Under the pieces are notes generated by a model. That model had not been told where the DNA came from. It saw only the letters and a list, made by a program, of their open reading frames with translations, and made no database searches. Positions 28,495 through 36,742 of a stretch of 64,000 nucleotides of DNA are shown in pieces (the first letter of the stretch is position 1; the number at the start of each line of letters is the position of its first letter). Source of the stretch: a virus (taxonomy: Duplodnaviria; Caudoviricetes); IMG/VR virus record IMGVR_UViG_3300037047_000216, positions 1 to 64,000 of that record, one strand, 5' to 3'. The translations under genes were made by a program, and so were the position numbers.

Positions 28495-28831
28495 GGGACA
28501 ACTCCTGCACTCTCTTTGAGTAGTACTCGGAACTGGTCTCGTTTTTCCGGTGGACTTTCCGGAATCTCCGGCTTTGTTTGCGGAGTTCCTGGTACTCCGT
28601 TTCCTCCGCCTTTGTCCGGTTTCGGAGCAGGGTTTTCAGACGTAGGGATTTTTCCCTGGTGAAAATGAAGTCAGGGCCGAACCGCTGCTCCAGATCCAGA
28701 TACACCCAGGAGATTTTCCTAAGCCGTCGTTTTCCTGCAGGCATGGTTAAAGCCCAACTCCAGACGGACCGGGACATGCTCGAATCTCCTATGGGGTGGT
28801 TACTAGGGATGGCGAGACACATCCCGTTCAC
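28475..28831 (-). CDS. hypothetical basic protein
   Basis: ORF between tRNAs. Confidence 0.45.
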   Translation of the reverse strand: MNGMCLAIPSNHPIGDSSMSRSVWSWALTMPAGKRRLRKISWVYLDLEQRFGPDFIFTREKSLRLKTLLRNRTKAEETEYQELRKQSRRFRKVHRKNETSSEYYSKRVQELSRARTDR

Positions 28832-28893
28832 CCTATTTTTTAGATGCCCAAGGTCTCGCGGCCTGCTGGGGCATTACCTAGGAGTTAGCCCCA

Positions 28894-28974
28894 TGGACAC
28901 GGGGGCAGGATTTGAACCTGCGTGATTTTCTGGGTATGAGCCAGATGAGGAAAACCGGACTCCTCCACCCCGTA
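28894..28974 (-). tRNA. initiator-type tRNA-fMet(CAT)
   Basis: 1:72 non-Watson-Crick (T:G), GGAG D arm, loop CT-CAT-AC, CCA. Confidence 0.85.
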
Positions 28975-28981
28975 GTATCAG

Positions 28982-29054
28982 AGCGGGTCACGGGTCTCGA
29001 ACCCGCCACCTTCAGCTTGGGAAGCTGACGCTCTACCTGATGAGCTAGACCCGC
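28982..29054 (-). tRNA. tRNA-Gly(CCC)
   Basis: loop TT-CCC-AA. Confidence 0.92.
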
Positions 29055-29528
29055 ATTGAGGGGGACTAAGAGGGCCACCCTGCCCAGAGGACGTTCCCCT
29101 TCGGGATGTCCTCAACATAGTCCCATTACCCCCAGAGCCTCTTGGGGTTCCGTCTCTACGTTAGACGGTGTACGTTTTTGGTGCCCAGTTAAATCTGGGC
29201 CGGTTGTTAACGCACCTCCGGAAAAGCGGTCTCGATTTGTACGTGTTCGAGCCGCACGCCCAATTGGTGATGGGGCTGGGACCCCATTGGTGGCGACCTT
29301 ACGGTCGGGTGAGGAACCACCAAGTCTGCGAAAAGGTACGGGTCTACCCCCGATGGGCACCAGACGACTTAGGTCATCATTGGGTCGTCCGTCCTCTTCT
29401 CCCAGGCGAAAGATGACTCATCCCTGGTTCCGAGTACTTCATTCCGGTCGGAAGCTACCCGTTTCCCTACAGGTTATGACTCCAGTAGGGAAGTTTCTCT
29501 GGTACAGAAAGCATTCTGTACACTCAAG

Positions 29529-29896
29529 AGGAGGCGACGGGAGTCGAACCCGTGTCCGAAGTGTCGTCAACCAAGCGTCTACGTGTGTAGAACCATCGTT
29601 TTGATCTCGGGCACGGGTTTGGCCGGTCCTCGCCATCTCCCGAACCCCTCCCTCTTGTGGGTTTCAACCCGCGGTCTGTGAGGGCCACCCCCGCGGTATC
29701 AAGCTCACCTAAATAACGTTCTCCGGGGCCGATGAGCCCTCCCCTTTGAACGGGCGCGGCCGATTGTTAGGCGGCCATCGCCATGGGTGCTTCGTTGCTG
29801 TTGGCAATTAAGCTGTGTCCTGCTTTTTACGAGGTGCAAGACATCCCCGACACGCTGCTTGACCTCAGTTCACCCCGTCGAAACCGTTACGCCCCC
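29529..29896 (-). ncRNA. ssrA: tmRNA; tag reading frame 29767-29805 encodes ANSNEAPMAMAA*
   Basis: 5' GGGGGCGTAACGGTTTCGAC, 3' GGGTTCGACTCCCGTCGCCTCC, G3:U70, TTAATT before the resume codon. Confidence 0.93.
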
Positions 29897-29938
29897 AGTT
29901 ACGATCACACAAACTTAGGATGTCAGAGAACAACTGAT

Positions 29939-30011
29939 TGGAGCTTACGGGGCTCGAACCCGTGACCTCAGGCTTGCAAAGCCCGCGCTCTCCCAACTGA
30001 GCTAAAGCCCC
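29939..30011 (-). tRNA. tRNA-Ala(TGC)
   Basis: loop TT-TGC-AA, G3:U70. Confidence 0.93.
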
Positions 30012-30013
30012 CG

Positions 30014-30237
30014 AATCCCTGGGTTTCCCATGCAGATCGTCCATGGGCCGTCCCAGGGGACGGCGGGAAGGCGCCCCTTCCCTTCAACTACTGGCGGGCA
30101 TCCTACGAGCCTCCGAAGAGGGTCGCCAAGGACGTGGCCTGTTTCCGCCTGCCATCCGAGGCCCCCAAGTGCCCCGGTTTAATGTTTCGACCGCTTGGGC
30201 GGACGTTGCTAAACCCCGAGGGGTCAAGCAAGGGATT
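30014..30237 (-). ncRNA. putative 224-nt structured RNA between tRNA-Ile and tRNA-Ala
   Basis: closed by AATCCCT/AGGGATT; hairpins GGGAAGG/CCTTCCC, GCCGTCCC/GGGACGGC, CCCATG/CATGGG. Confidence 0.45.
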
Positions 30238-30241
30238 GTTG

Positions 30242-30315
30242 TGGGCCTGGGAGGACTCGAACCTCCGACCTAGCGGTTATCAGCCGCTCGCTCTAGCCAC
30301 CTGAGCTACAGGCCC
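30242..30315 (-). tRNA. tRNA-Ile(GAT)
   Basis: loop CT-GAT-AA. Confidence 0.93.
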
Positions 30316-30744
30316 TCAGTCTCCCGACCCAGTAGCACGCCGGTTCGGGCACCGTGCAGGTCGTCTATGTCAAGACCCCGAAGGGAACTATCAAGCGAGA
30401 CGTTGCCTGCTTCAGCTTGGTTTGTCAAATCCCTTCTCCACCGACAGATCCAAGCATCGTGTCGTGGAAGAGTCCGCGTGTAGCCCCCGAGAGTGCCTTT
30501 CAAGGTCGGCCTCAAGATGCCGACTCACCCCAGGACACGTGAACCGGGCCAGTGGGGGTTTCACCCGTTGCCATTCCCCTTATGAGCCCCAGTTGCTCTC
30601 AAATTCGAGGTTTGGCACCGCTTTCATCACCCTGTTCCCTAAGTGAGGGGCTGGGCAGGGCTTTACAGCGTCCGTTCAGGATCAATGCGGCCCCCTCCGC
30701 CCCGTGCCGGGTTTCTATGGGGGTCGCTCCCCTGGCAAGTGATC

Positions 30745-30772
30745 CTACTCGAAACCGCGTCCGGATGATCCC
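30745..30772 (-). promoter_or_regulatory. phage promoter motif
   Basis: GGGATCATC-N13-GAGTAG. Confidence 0.75.
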
Positions 30773-30913
30773 CAGGATTTGAAAAATCGATCCTGGAAAC
30801 TAAAATCCTGTCCGGCCAAAACATGCTGAAAACGGGGGTACGCCCCTCGAACACAGTGCTCCGGATCCAGTTGGCACCTTGGAACTCTCCCCCCTGTTCT
30901 ATCCGGGTGAGCA

Positions 30914-31141
30914 TCAAATGTCCGTGAAGTCCCGATGTTTTAAATACAGGCGCTCCCGTTCCAGCACCGTTTTGGCAGGGAGGCTGCTCCACGCTTCGGT
31001 CACTTCATAGCGACCTTCCATCGTGTCGATCCTCAGGACCCGCCCTTTCTGGGCGAACTTGGTCGGGATCCATGCAAAGTGGAACGCTCTTGTCTCCGTG
31101 TTCGTCAGTTTACACTGAGTGTAAGTTTCGGGAGTAGACAT
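30914..31141 (-). CDS. hypothetical protein
   Basis: AAGGAG SD; YTQCKL..AWIPTKFA.KG. Confidence 0.7.
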   Translation of the reverse strand: MSTPETYTQCKLTNTETRAFHFAWIPTKFAQKGRVLRIDTMEGRYEVTEAWSSLPAKTVLERERLYLKHRDFTDI

Positions 31142-31153
31142 AGGAACGACTCC

Positions 31154-31933
31154 TTATTTTTTGGCGTTCCACCGAGCAAGCCACGCTTCCGCAGCTTCAA
31201 CAGCATATTCCATGTCAAGGAAGATCCCTGCCTTCTCTTTGCGGAGACCGTTGTAAACCGTTGTTGCGGCCCAGGTGTAACCCCCAGCCAAGTTCTTTTG
31301 GACTCGAACACTACCATCCGGACGTTCCCAGGCCCGCAATCCTTTTAGATCCGGCTCCACGATAACCAGTTTGTGTTTTCTCGCGATGCGACGTTCTACG
31401 GCTTCAAAACGCATGTCCTGGTCAAGGATCTGACGGGGTACTGGTCTCCCAGTTAGGCGTCGATAACAGTCTACCCCCATCACCCCTTTGTTGGTGATCA
31501 GAGCCCATTTGGTCAAACCGGAACCACAGATGTCACAGGTATAGCTTTCGCCTTCGACTAAAGGGTCGACAACCCGTTCGATTTCCACCGAGGAGGCTTT
31601 TTTGGACGGTCGCACACGACGGGAGTCCGCATACGCAACATCCCCGTCGATGTTGATCCCCTTACCCTCGGTGAAGACTACCCTGATCCGTTTGACACTA
31701 TCGAAGTTGATCTGTTTGATATCTTTGTATGTGCGTTTCCGGTCCGGGTCGTTGTCGTTGAGGTACATGACCTCGTAGTGGTCAACTTCCCGTTTCCCTA
31801 CCGCCCGCTCAACATCCGCACGGGTCACGGAAGGTCTCTGGGCTGCGGAGTGGCACATCCCCATGTTGGCGGACAACCACCTGGAGGCAATTCGTTTGGC
31901 ACACGACGATTTTTCGGGTTCAAAGTTGAACAT
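31154..31933 (-). CDS. hypothetical protein with KRIASRWL motif and CDICG finger
   Basis: GAGGAGG SD. Confidence 0.7.
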   Translation of the reverse strand: MFNFEPEKSSCAKRIASRWLSANMGMCHSAAQRPSVTRADVERAVGKREVDHYEVMYLNDNDPDRKRTYKDIKQINFDSVKRIRVVFTEGKGINIDGDVAYADSRRVRPSKKASSVEIERVVDPLVEGESYTCDICGSGLTKWALITNKGVMGVDCYRRLTGRPVPRQILDQDMRFEAVERRIARKHKLVIVEPDLKGLRAWERPDGSVRVQKNLAGGYTWAATTVYNGLRKEKAGIFLDMEYAVEAAEAWLARWNAKK

Positions 31934-31977
31934 GAGATCCTCCTCTTGGAGAACTCATGTATAGAGACTGTAACGGA

Positions 31978-32052
31978 TGGAGCGAGCAACGGGAGTCGAA
32001 CCCGTCTAAAACAGCTTGGAAGGCTGTCGCCCGACCGCTAGGCCATGCTCGC
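31978..32052 (-). tRNA. tRNA-Gly(TCC)
   Basis: loop CT-TCC-AA, CCA. Confidence 0.92.
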
Positions 32053-32109
32053 ATTTTCCCGGGCGCCAAGCGCCCGGGAACGTTAGTATCGCAGGGATTT
32101 TCTCCCTTG

Positions 32110-32691
32110 TCAACCGATTCTGACGATCCCTGAGGGCAGGATGTGGTAACTGCGCTTCTCCCCCATCTCCAGGAACCGCTGGGCTACGAGTGCCATCTGG
32201 GCGGACACGAGCGCGTGGAACGGGAGGTTCCGTCCGTCTTCGCACGTAGCCTGCCCGGAGTCGCCTCCCTCGTCGATCCTGAACATCTCGTCCCACACGA
32301 CCCGTCCGAGCGTTCCTGCGCCATCCATGGCACCGTGGAGGCAAGGGATTCCCTGTGCCCGAACGAACCTCTGGATGACGTGCCTTGCCTCGGGGTTGTC
32401 GACGCAGTCGAGGACGAGTGCCGCCCCACCCAGGAGCACCTGGACGTTGTCAGCCGTCAGGCGGTTTGTGTTGGCCTCGATTTTGAGCCCCCACATCGCC
32501 TGGAAGGCTTGCTGGAGCGCCTGGGTTTTGTTGCGGCTCACCCCCATCTTGGTGTGGAACTGTGACTGGGTATTTTTGGTCTCTACCCGATCTGGGTCAA
32601 CAAGTCGAATCTCCAGGGGGAGATTTCTAATGAACAGCGCCACATGGCTCCCCAGCGCTCCTACACCGACGATGACGACTGGATTGGTCAT
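32110..32691 (-). CDS. ThiF/E1-like ubiquitin-activating enzyme
   Basis: IVGVGALGS, DPDRVETKN, NK, LDCVDN, candidate catalytic Cys in QATCED. Confidence 0.88.
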   Translation of the reverse strand: MTNPVVIVGVGALGSHVALFIRNLPLEIRLVDPDRVETKNTQSQFHTKMGVSRNKTQALQQAFQAMWGLKIEANTNRLTADNVQVLLGGAALVLDCVDNPEARHVIQRFVRAQGIPCLHGAMDGAGTLGRVVWDEMFRIDEGGDSGQATCEDGRNLPFHALVSAQMALVAQRFLEMGEKRSYHILPSGIVRIG

Positions 32692-32703
32692 GGATTTTTC
32701 CTA

Positions 32704-33180
32704 TCAGGATAGGGGTTCCATCGTGAACCGCCCCATCCGCATCTCCTTGATCCTGGTGACGGGCTTTTCGGCCTCGTCCCCCATTGCCAAGGCCGCCACG
32801 ATCTCCTCCGAGATTTCGTTGACGATGGCGACGGGCTCGTTGAACGCCATCTCCGGGAACCCTATTCCCCAGCCATGTTCGTCCAGGATCTCCCATATGT
32901 TCAGGTTTCCGTCTGTGACCCCACCCGCGTAGCTCAGGAACAGATCGCGGATCTCGTCCTCCCCGACCGGCTGCCATTCCCGGATGGGCTTGGAGCAGTG
33001 GGGGCACACCGGCCGGTCGTCTTTTTGGGCATGTTCCCATTCGGCGGCGATTTTGAACACCTGCCCCAGATGCCGTAGTCCGTCGAGTACCGTCTCGAAC
33101 CCCGTCCGGTGATGGAGGACGAGGCAGCCGTTGCTGCTCGACTCCACGTAGCCACCGTACAGAACGAAGATACGGATCAT
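32704..33180 (-). CDS. hypothetical protein with CPHC finger
   Basis: within Ubl operon, 4-nt overlap. Confidence 0.65.
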   Translation of the reverse strand: MIRIFVLYGGYVESSSNGCLVLHHRTGFETVLDGLRHLGQVFKIAAEWEHAQKDDRPVCPHCSKPIREWQPVGEDEIRDLFLSYAGGVTDGNLNIWEILDEHGWGIGFPEMAFNEPVAIVNEISEEIVAALAMGDEAEKPVTRIKEMRMGRFTMEPLS

Positions 33181-33386
33181 TGGGAGGACTCCTCCTCGAT
33201 CTCGACCAGGATCCGGAGTCGGGAGTTTTTGAACCCCGTCCGGGTGACCTCAGTGTAGGTCTCGATGTTCAACGAGACCCACTCGAAGGGGCTGTTGCTG
33301 TTTGGCGGACACTCTCCGTTGAGGAACCCTTTGAACGATCCCTCGGCATTCAACATCAGTGTCCGCTCGAACCGCCGAGTTGTCAT
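33177..33386 (-). CDS. hypothetical protein
   Basis: ATGA overlap with Ubl stop. Confidence 0.55.
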   Translation of the reverse strand: MTTRRFERTLMLNAEGSFKGFLNGECPPNSNSPFEWVSLNIETYTEVTRTGFKNSRLRILVEIEEESSQ

Positions 33387-33640
33387 GCGAACCGGGTCTT
33401 CGGGCGAACCAGAAGCTGATTCGGGAACCCGTTACCCGCCGGGACGCGCTCGATCTCGAAGCCGCTCAGGTCGGCGTCGGGATCCGCCGTGATGTTGATC
33501 ACGGACCCGCTCCGGATGGCCTCCTGTGCCCACGCCCGGACCTCCACGTCCGTCGCGTCGTAGTAGACCGGGTTCGGCAAATCGCCCTGTTCACCGTGGT
33601 AGGTGATGTTCAGCCGTGCCTGATTTGCTTCCATCTTCAT
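33383..33640 (-). CDS. ubiquitin-like (beta-grasp) small protein ending RPKTRFA
   Basis: ARLNITYHGEQGDLPNPV.YD...VRPKTRFA*; lies between JAB and E1. Confidence 0.7.
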   Translation of the reverse strand: MKMEANQARLNITYHGEQGDLPNPVYYDATDVEVRAWAQEAIRSGSVINITADPDADLSGFEIERVPAGNGFPNQLLVRPKTRFA

Positions 33641-34449
33641 CCTCCGTTTCGTCTGGACCGTCGTCGAAGTTCCGCACTGTCAGCTACTCGACTCGGTGGT
33701 TCGATGATCCCATAGTTGTACCGATCCGGACCCACCCACCGGAAATATCTGATGGTGGAAAATGTCACGATCGGCCAGATCAAACGTCTGCCCAGTCCAT
33801 CTTCGATGGCCACAAACGTCGTTCGGTCTTCCCAGGATGGATGAGGTTCTCCCACCCACGGATGCGTGTGAGCCACCCCACCGAGGTTCTTTCGGTGCTC
33901 CCAGATCACTTTCCACAGAAGGGAACTGTCCGGGATACTGACGGCCGTTCTTCCCGGAGGGTCGTGCCAGTAGATGGTCTTCCCGCTCGGATCGAACACG
34001 AGTGCCACCTCGATGACCTCGTGATCGTCCTCCCGCGTCCCCGCGTCAAGGGACTCGAAGATTTCCCGGACGCAGGTTTCCATCTCCAGCCAGAACTCTG
34101 GCTCCTCGAACGTGAAATCCTTAACGTCCTTTCGGAAGTCATAGGATTTCATCCACTCGACCCAGGTGCTGTATCCCCGAGCCCCCCCGGTGTCGTCATA
34201 CCACCCGATCCAGTCCCCGCCGATACGAGACAACTGAAATCGTTTGGCGATCTCCCGAGAGACGCTGGTTGCGAATTCGGAGTTTCTACCCCCAGATGTA
34301 TAGGCCACCTCCAGCACATTGGCTGGTTTCCACTGAAACCAGCATCCATACTCCCCCTCCACTCCGATCTCCGGGGCAGAAAAGAGGTACTCCTGGCATC
34401 GAGCGTATTCTTCTGGGGTGCTGAATTCGAGCCAGCGTTCTTGACCCAT
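33637..34449 (-). CDS. JAB/MPN+ metallopeptidase with N-terminal extension
   Basis: IEV...AHTHP...PSWED (E..HxH..S..D). Confidence 0.8.
   Translation of the reverse strand: MGQERWLEFSTPEEYARCQEYLFSAPEIGVEGEYGCWFQWKPANVLEVAYTSGGRNSEFATSVSREIAKRFQLSRIGGDWIGWYDDTGGARGYSTWVEWMKSYDFRKDVKDFTFEEPEFWLEMETCVREIFESLDAGTREDDHEVIEVALVFDPSGKTIYWHDPPGRTAVSIPDSSLLWKVIWEHRKNLGGVAHTHPWVGEPHPSWEDRTTFVAIEDGLGRRLIWPIVTFSTIRYFRWVGPDRYNYGIIEPPSRVADSAELRRRSRRNGG
33684..33711 (-). promoter_or_regulatory. phage promoter motif inside the JAB 3' end, upstream of Ubl
   Basis: GGGATCATC-N13-GAGTAG. Confidence 0.75.
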
Positions 34450-35399
34450 CAGTCGTCGTCCATGTCCATGTCACCGTCCCCATGCCGAAACACATGAAGA
34501 CGATGCGTATCCATTCCCTCACGGATGACCGTGGGTAGGGACTCCAGTGTGAACAGCCGGTCGTTTCCAGCCAAACACACTCCAGCCTCCACTACCCGAA
34601 GCGTCCTGGTTTCGACGACGCATTCCAATCGTCGGTGTCGATACCGATACTGGACGATCATCTCCCCGCGGTTCACGTTCGGGCGGGAAGCCAGAAACTC
34701 CGCTCCCCCGATTGCCAAGGCCGCCCGTGCGGCTGCCGGAAAATCATGTTCTGCCAGCGCACGGCGTCCCGCGGCGGTACCGATACTCCGGAGTGCCTCT
34801 TCCATCTGCTCCGCGCGCAGCCGCTGCCGATCTTCCTCCGCACGGCGTGCCGTCGCTTCCCGTTCCCGCCTCTCCGCCTGCACCCTTTGGTGGGATAGCC
34901 AACGGAATGCGAGATCAAGTGCCGGGGTAACACCGGAGATGGCATCTACAGATGTCAGGCGATCCAGATAGGCACTCTCGACTTCGGCCTCAGCCCCTTG
35001 TGGGAACTCCATTCGGGTGTAGATGAGGTTTCCGTCCCGATCCCGAATTGCGACCGCACGGCTGAAAGTTTCGAGCCCCAGTGGGACGAGGGCTACATGA
35101 ACCGTCTGATCAAACAGTTTCTCGGGGTTTGGGTCGACCCGAACGTTATCCGGGATCAGGCGATCTCCCACAAGATAGCCCCGAACGATCTGATGCCCTC
35201 TCTCGAACTCGGGATCCTGGTCGGCTTCACGACCGACACGAGCGTTACGGCTCCCGTCCACGGCGAACTCGTACCACCCGTACTCAGCAGGAAGCCGACC
35301 AGTCACCCGCCAAGATCGGTCTCGACAGTGAACTGTCCGCCCTCCGATCCATGGGAGGACAATCGCATGGCTGGTTTCGATCAGATCTCGCCATCCCAT
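34449..35399 (-). CDS. putative E2-like protein (coiled coil plus C-terminal AGVCL)
   Basis: AGVCL echoes the E2 G-x-(I/V)-C-L catalytic motif; first gene of operon. Confidence 0.5.
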   Translation of the reverse strand: MGWRDLIETSHAIVLPWIGGRTVHCRDRSWRVTGRLPAEYGWYEFAVDGSRNARVGREADQDPEFERGHQIVRGYLVGDRLIPDNVRVDPNPEKLFDQTVHVALVPLGLETFSRAVAIRDRDGNLIYTRMEFPQGAEAEVESAYLDRLTSVDAISGVTPALDLAFRWLSHQRVQAERREREATARRAEEDRQRLRAEQMEEALRSIGTAAGRRALAEHDFPAAARAALAIGGAEFLASRPNVNRGEMIVQYRYRHRRLECVVETRTLRVVEAGVCLAGNDRLFTLESLPTVIREGMDTHRLHVFRHGDGDMDMDDD

Positions 35400-35421
35400 G
35401 GACGACCCTCCTTGGACTAAA

Positions 35422-35449
35422 CTACTCGGATTGGGTGGGAGATGATCCC
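35422..35449 (-). promoter_or_regulatory. phage promoter motif
   Basis: GGGATCATC-N13-GAGTAG. Confidence 0.75.
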
Positions 35450-35462
35450 GGAAAGATCTAGG

Positions 35463-36029
35463 TTAGCGGAGAAGAGACTCCATCTCGGGGAAGTGCCTTT
35501 GAAGCATGTTCCGTTTCTGTCCCCCGAGACCGATGAGATCGTGCTGCAGTTCTTTTCGGGCAGTCCAGTACTGCTCGTTGGCTTTGTCCGCACGCTCTTG
35601 GAGCCCTTTCAGTTTCGTTTGGGTCTCTTTCGGGAGTTGCTTGAAATAGCGTCCTCCCGGTTTGACCTGATTCAAGTTGGTGACATCCCGTGTAGGGATC
35701 TGCGCCGCCGCTTCATAAGCGGAATTTTCGAGATCCCTGGAACTCTCAGAGTACTCCTTGGAGATGGGACCCTTGTCCAGATCTTCCATTTTCTTGAGAA
35801 CCGGCCCGACCTGCGGGTCGTCCTTGAGCTTCTGTTTGGTCTGCGGGTTTGCGGAGGGTTTTACCTTGTGCTTGGACTTGTCAGCATCCGGATGCTCCTT
35901 CAGATACTGCTGAAGCTGCTCCTTGGTGCTGAACTCCATAGCTGTCCTCCGTAGAATTGGAACCAGATGCTGACGCAGTTCCGGGACTTCATGTGCCAGT
36001 CGGATTAATTCATTCCTGAGCAATTTCAT
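35463..36029 (-). CDS. hypothetical protein (LIRLAH..PELR.HL motif)
   Basis: GGAGG SD. Confidence 0.7.
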   Translation of the reverse strand: MKLLRNELIRLAHEVPELRQHLVPILRRTAMEFSTKEQLQQYLKEHPDADKSKHKVKPSANPQTKQKLKDDPQVGPVLKKMEDLDKGPISKEYSESSRDLENSAYEAAAQIPTRDVTNLNQVKPGGRYFKQLPKETQTKLKGLQERADKANEQYWTARKELQHDLIGLGGQKRNMLQRHFPEMESLLR

Positions 36030-36080
36030 GTTGCCTCCACAGCTAACCTGATGGAGGCACTCAAAAGGATCTTTACCGAA

Positions 36081-36329
36081 TCAGGATGTTGGGGCTACAT
36101 AGCCCGTATCCTCGATCCATGTTTTCGTGTCCGGGTAGCCGAGATCCGACGGGGAGATCCATCCGATGCAGTTGGTTCCTTGCATGACGGCCATGGAGCC
36201 CGCGTACCCGCGAAGGGGTAGCACCGTGAAACCAGGCTCCATTTGCCGGATCCGAACATTCGGTACGAATACCCGGAGATGATCTGCTCCTGGCGCTCCG
36301 TAGTAACCCCATTCACCGTCGTGCATCAC
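36081..36329 (-). CDS. hypothetical protein
   Basis: GTGA overlap. Confidence 0.55.
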   Translation of the reverse strand: MMHDGEWGYYGAPGADHLRVFVPNVRIRQMEPGFTVLPLRGYAGSMAVMQGTNCIGWISPSDLGYPDTKTWIEDTGYVAPTS

Positions 36330-36679
36330 TTTGCCTTGTTCCGTGCCCTGGCCTGTGCTAGCTCATCCGGGTCGAGGAGCGCCATCAGGATGTCGTCCAT
36401 CGTCCGGCAGAAACCCTCCGGGAGGGACGTAATCCGACCGTTCTCGTCCGGACCAACGCACAGGCCCTTGTACATGATCCGAAGCGGAAGGTGAAGCATG
36501 CCCCGGGCGTGCATCAGGCGAGCCGCGTCGATCAGCACCTGAGACCCGACGAGAACTTGGACCTCGTCCTCCCCACGCTCATGATTGAGGATGTCCCCAT
36601 CATTCGTGACACGGATCCAGTCGAAAACGTCCCCGTCCCTGACGGCTTCACCATGCTTGGCATCGTAGTGCAGGATCAT
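36326..36679 (-). CDS. hypothetical protein
   Basis: GGAGG SD, downstream of promoter motif. Confidence 0.65.
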   Translation of the reverse strand: MILHYDAKHGEAVRDGDVFDWIRVTNDGDILNHERGEDEVQVLVGSQVLIDAARLMHARGMLHLPLRIMYKGLCVGPDENGRITSLPEGFCRTMDDILMALLDPDELAQARARNKAK

Positions 36680-36709
36680 GTAACCTCCAGGGCACCCTGC
36701 CCCCTCTGA

Positions 36710-36737
36710 CTACTCAGATGGGGGACAGGATGATCCC
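36710..36737 (-). promoter_or_regulatory. phage promoter motif
   Basis: GGGATCATC-N13-GAGTAG. Confidence 0.75.
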
Positions 36738-36742
36738 AGGAG

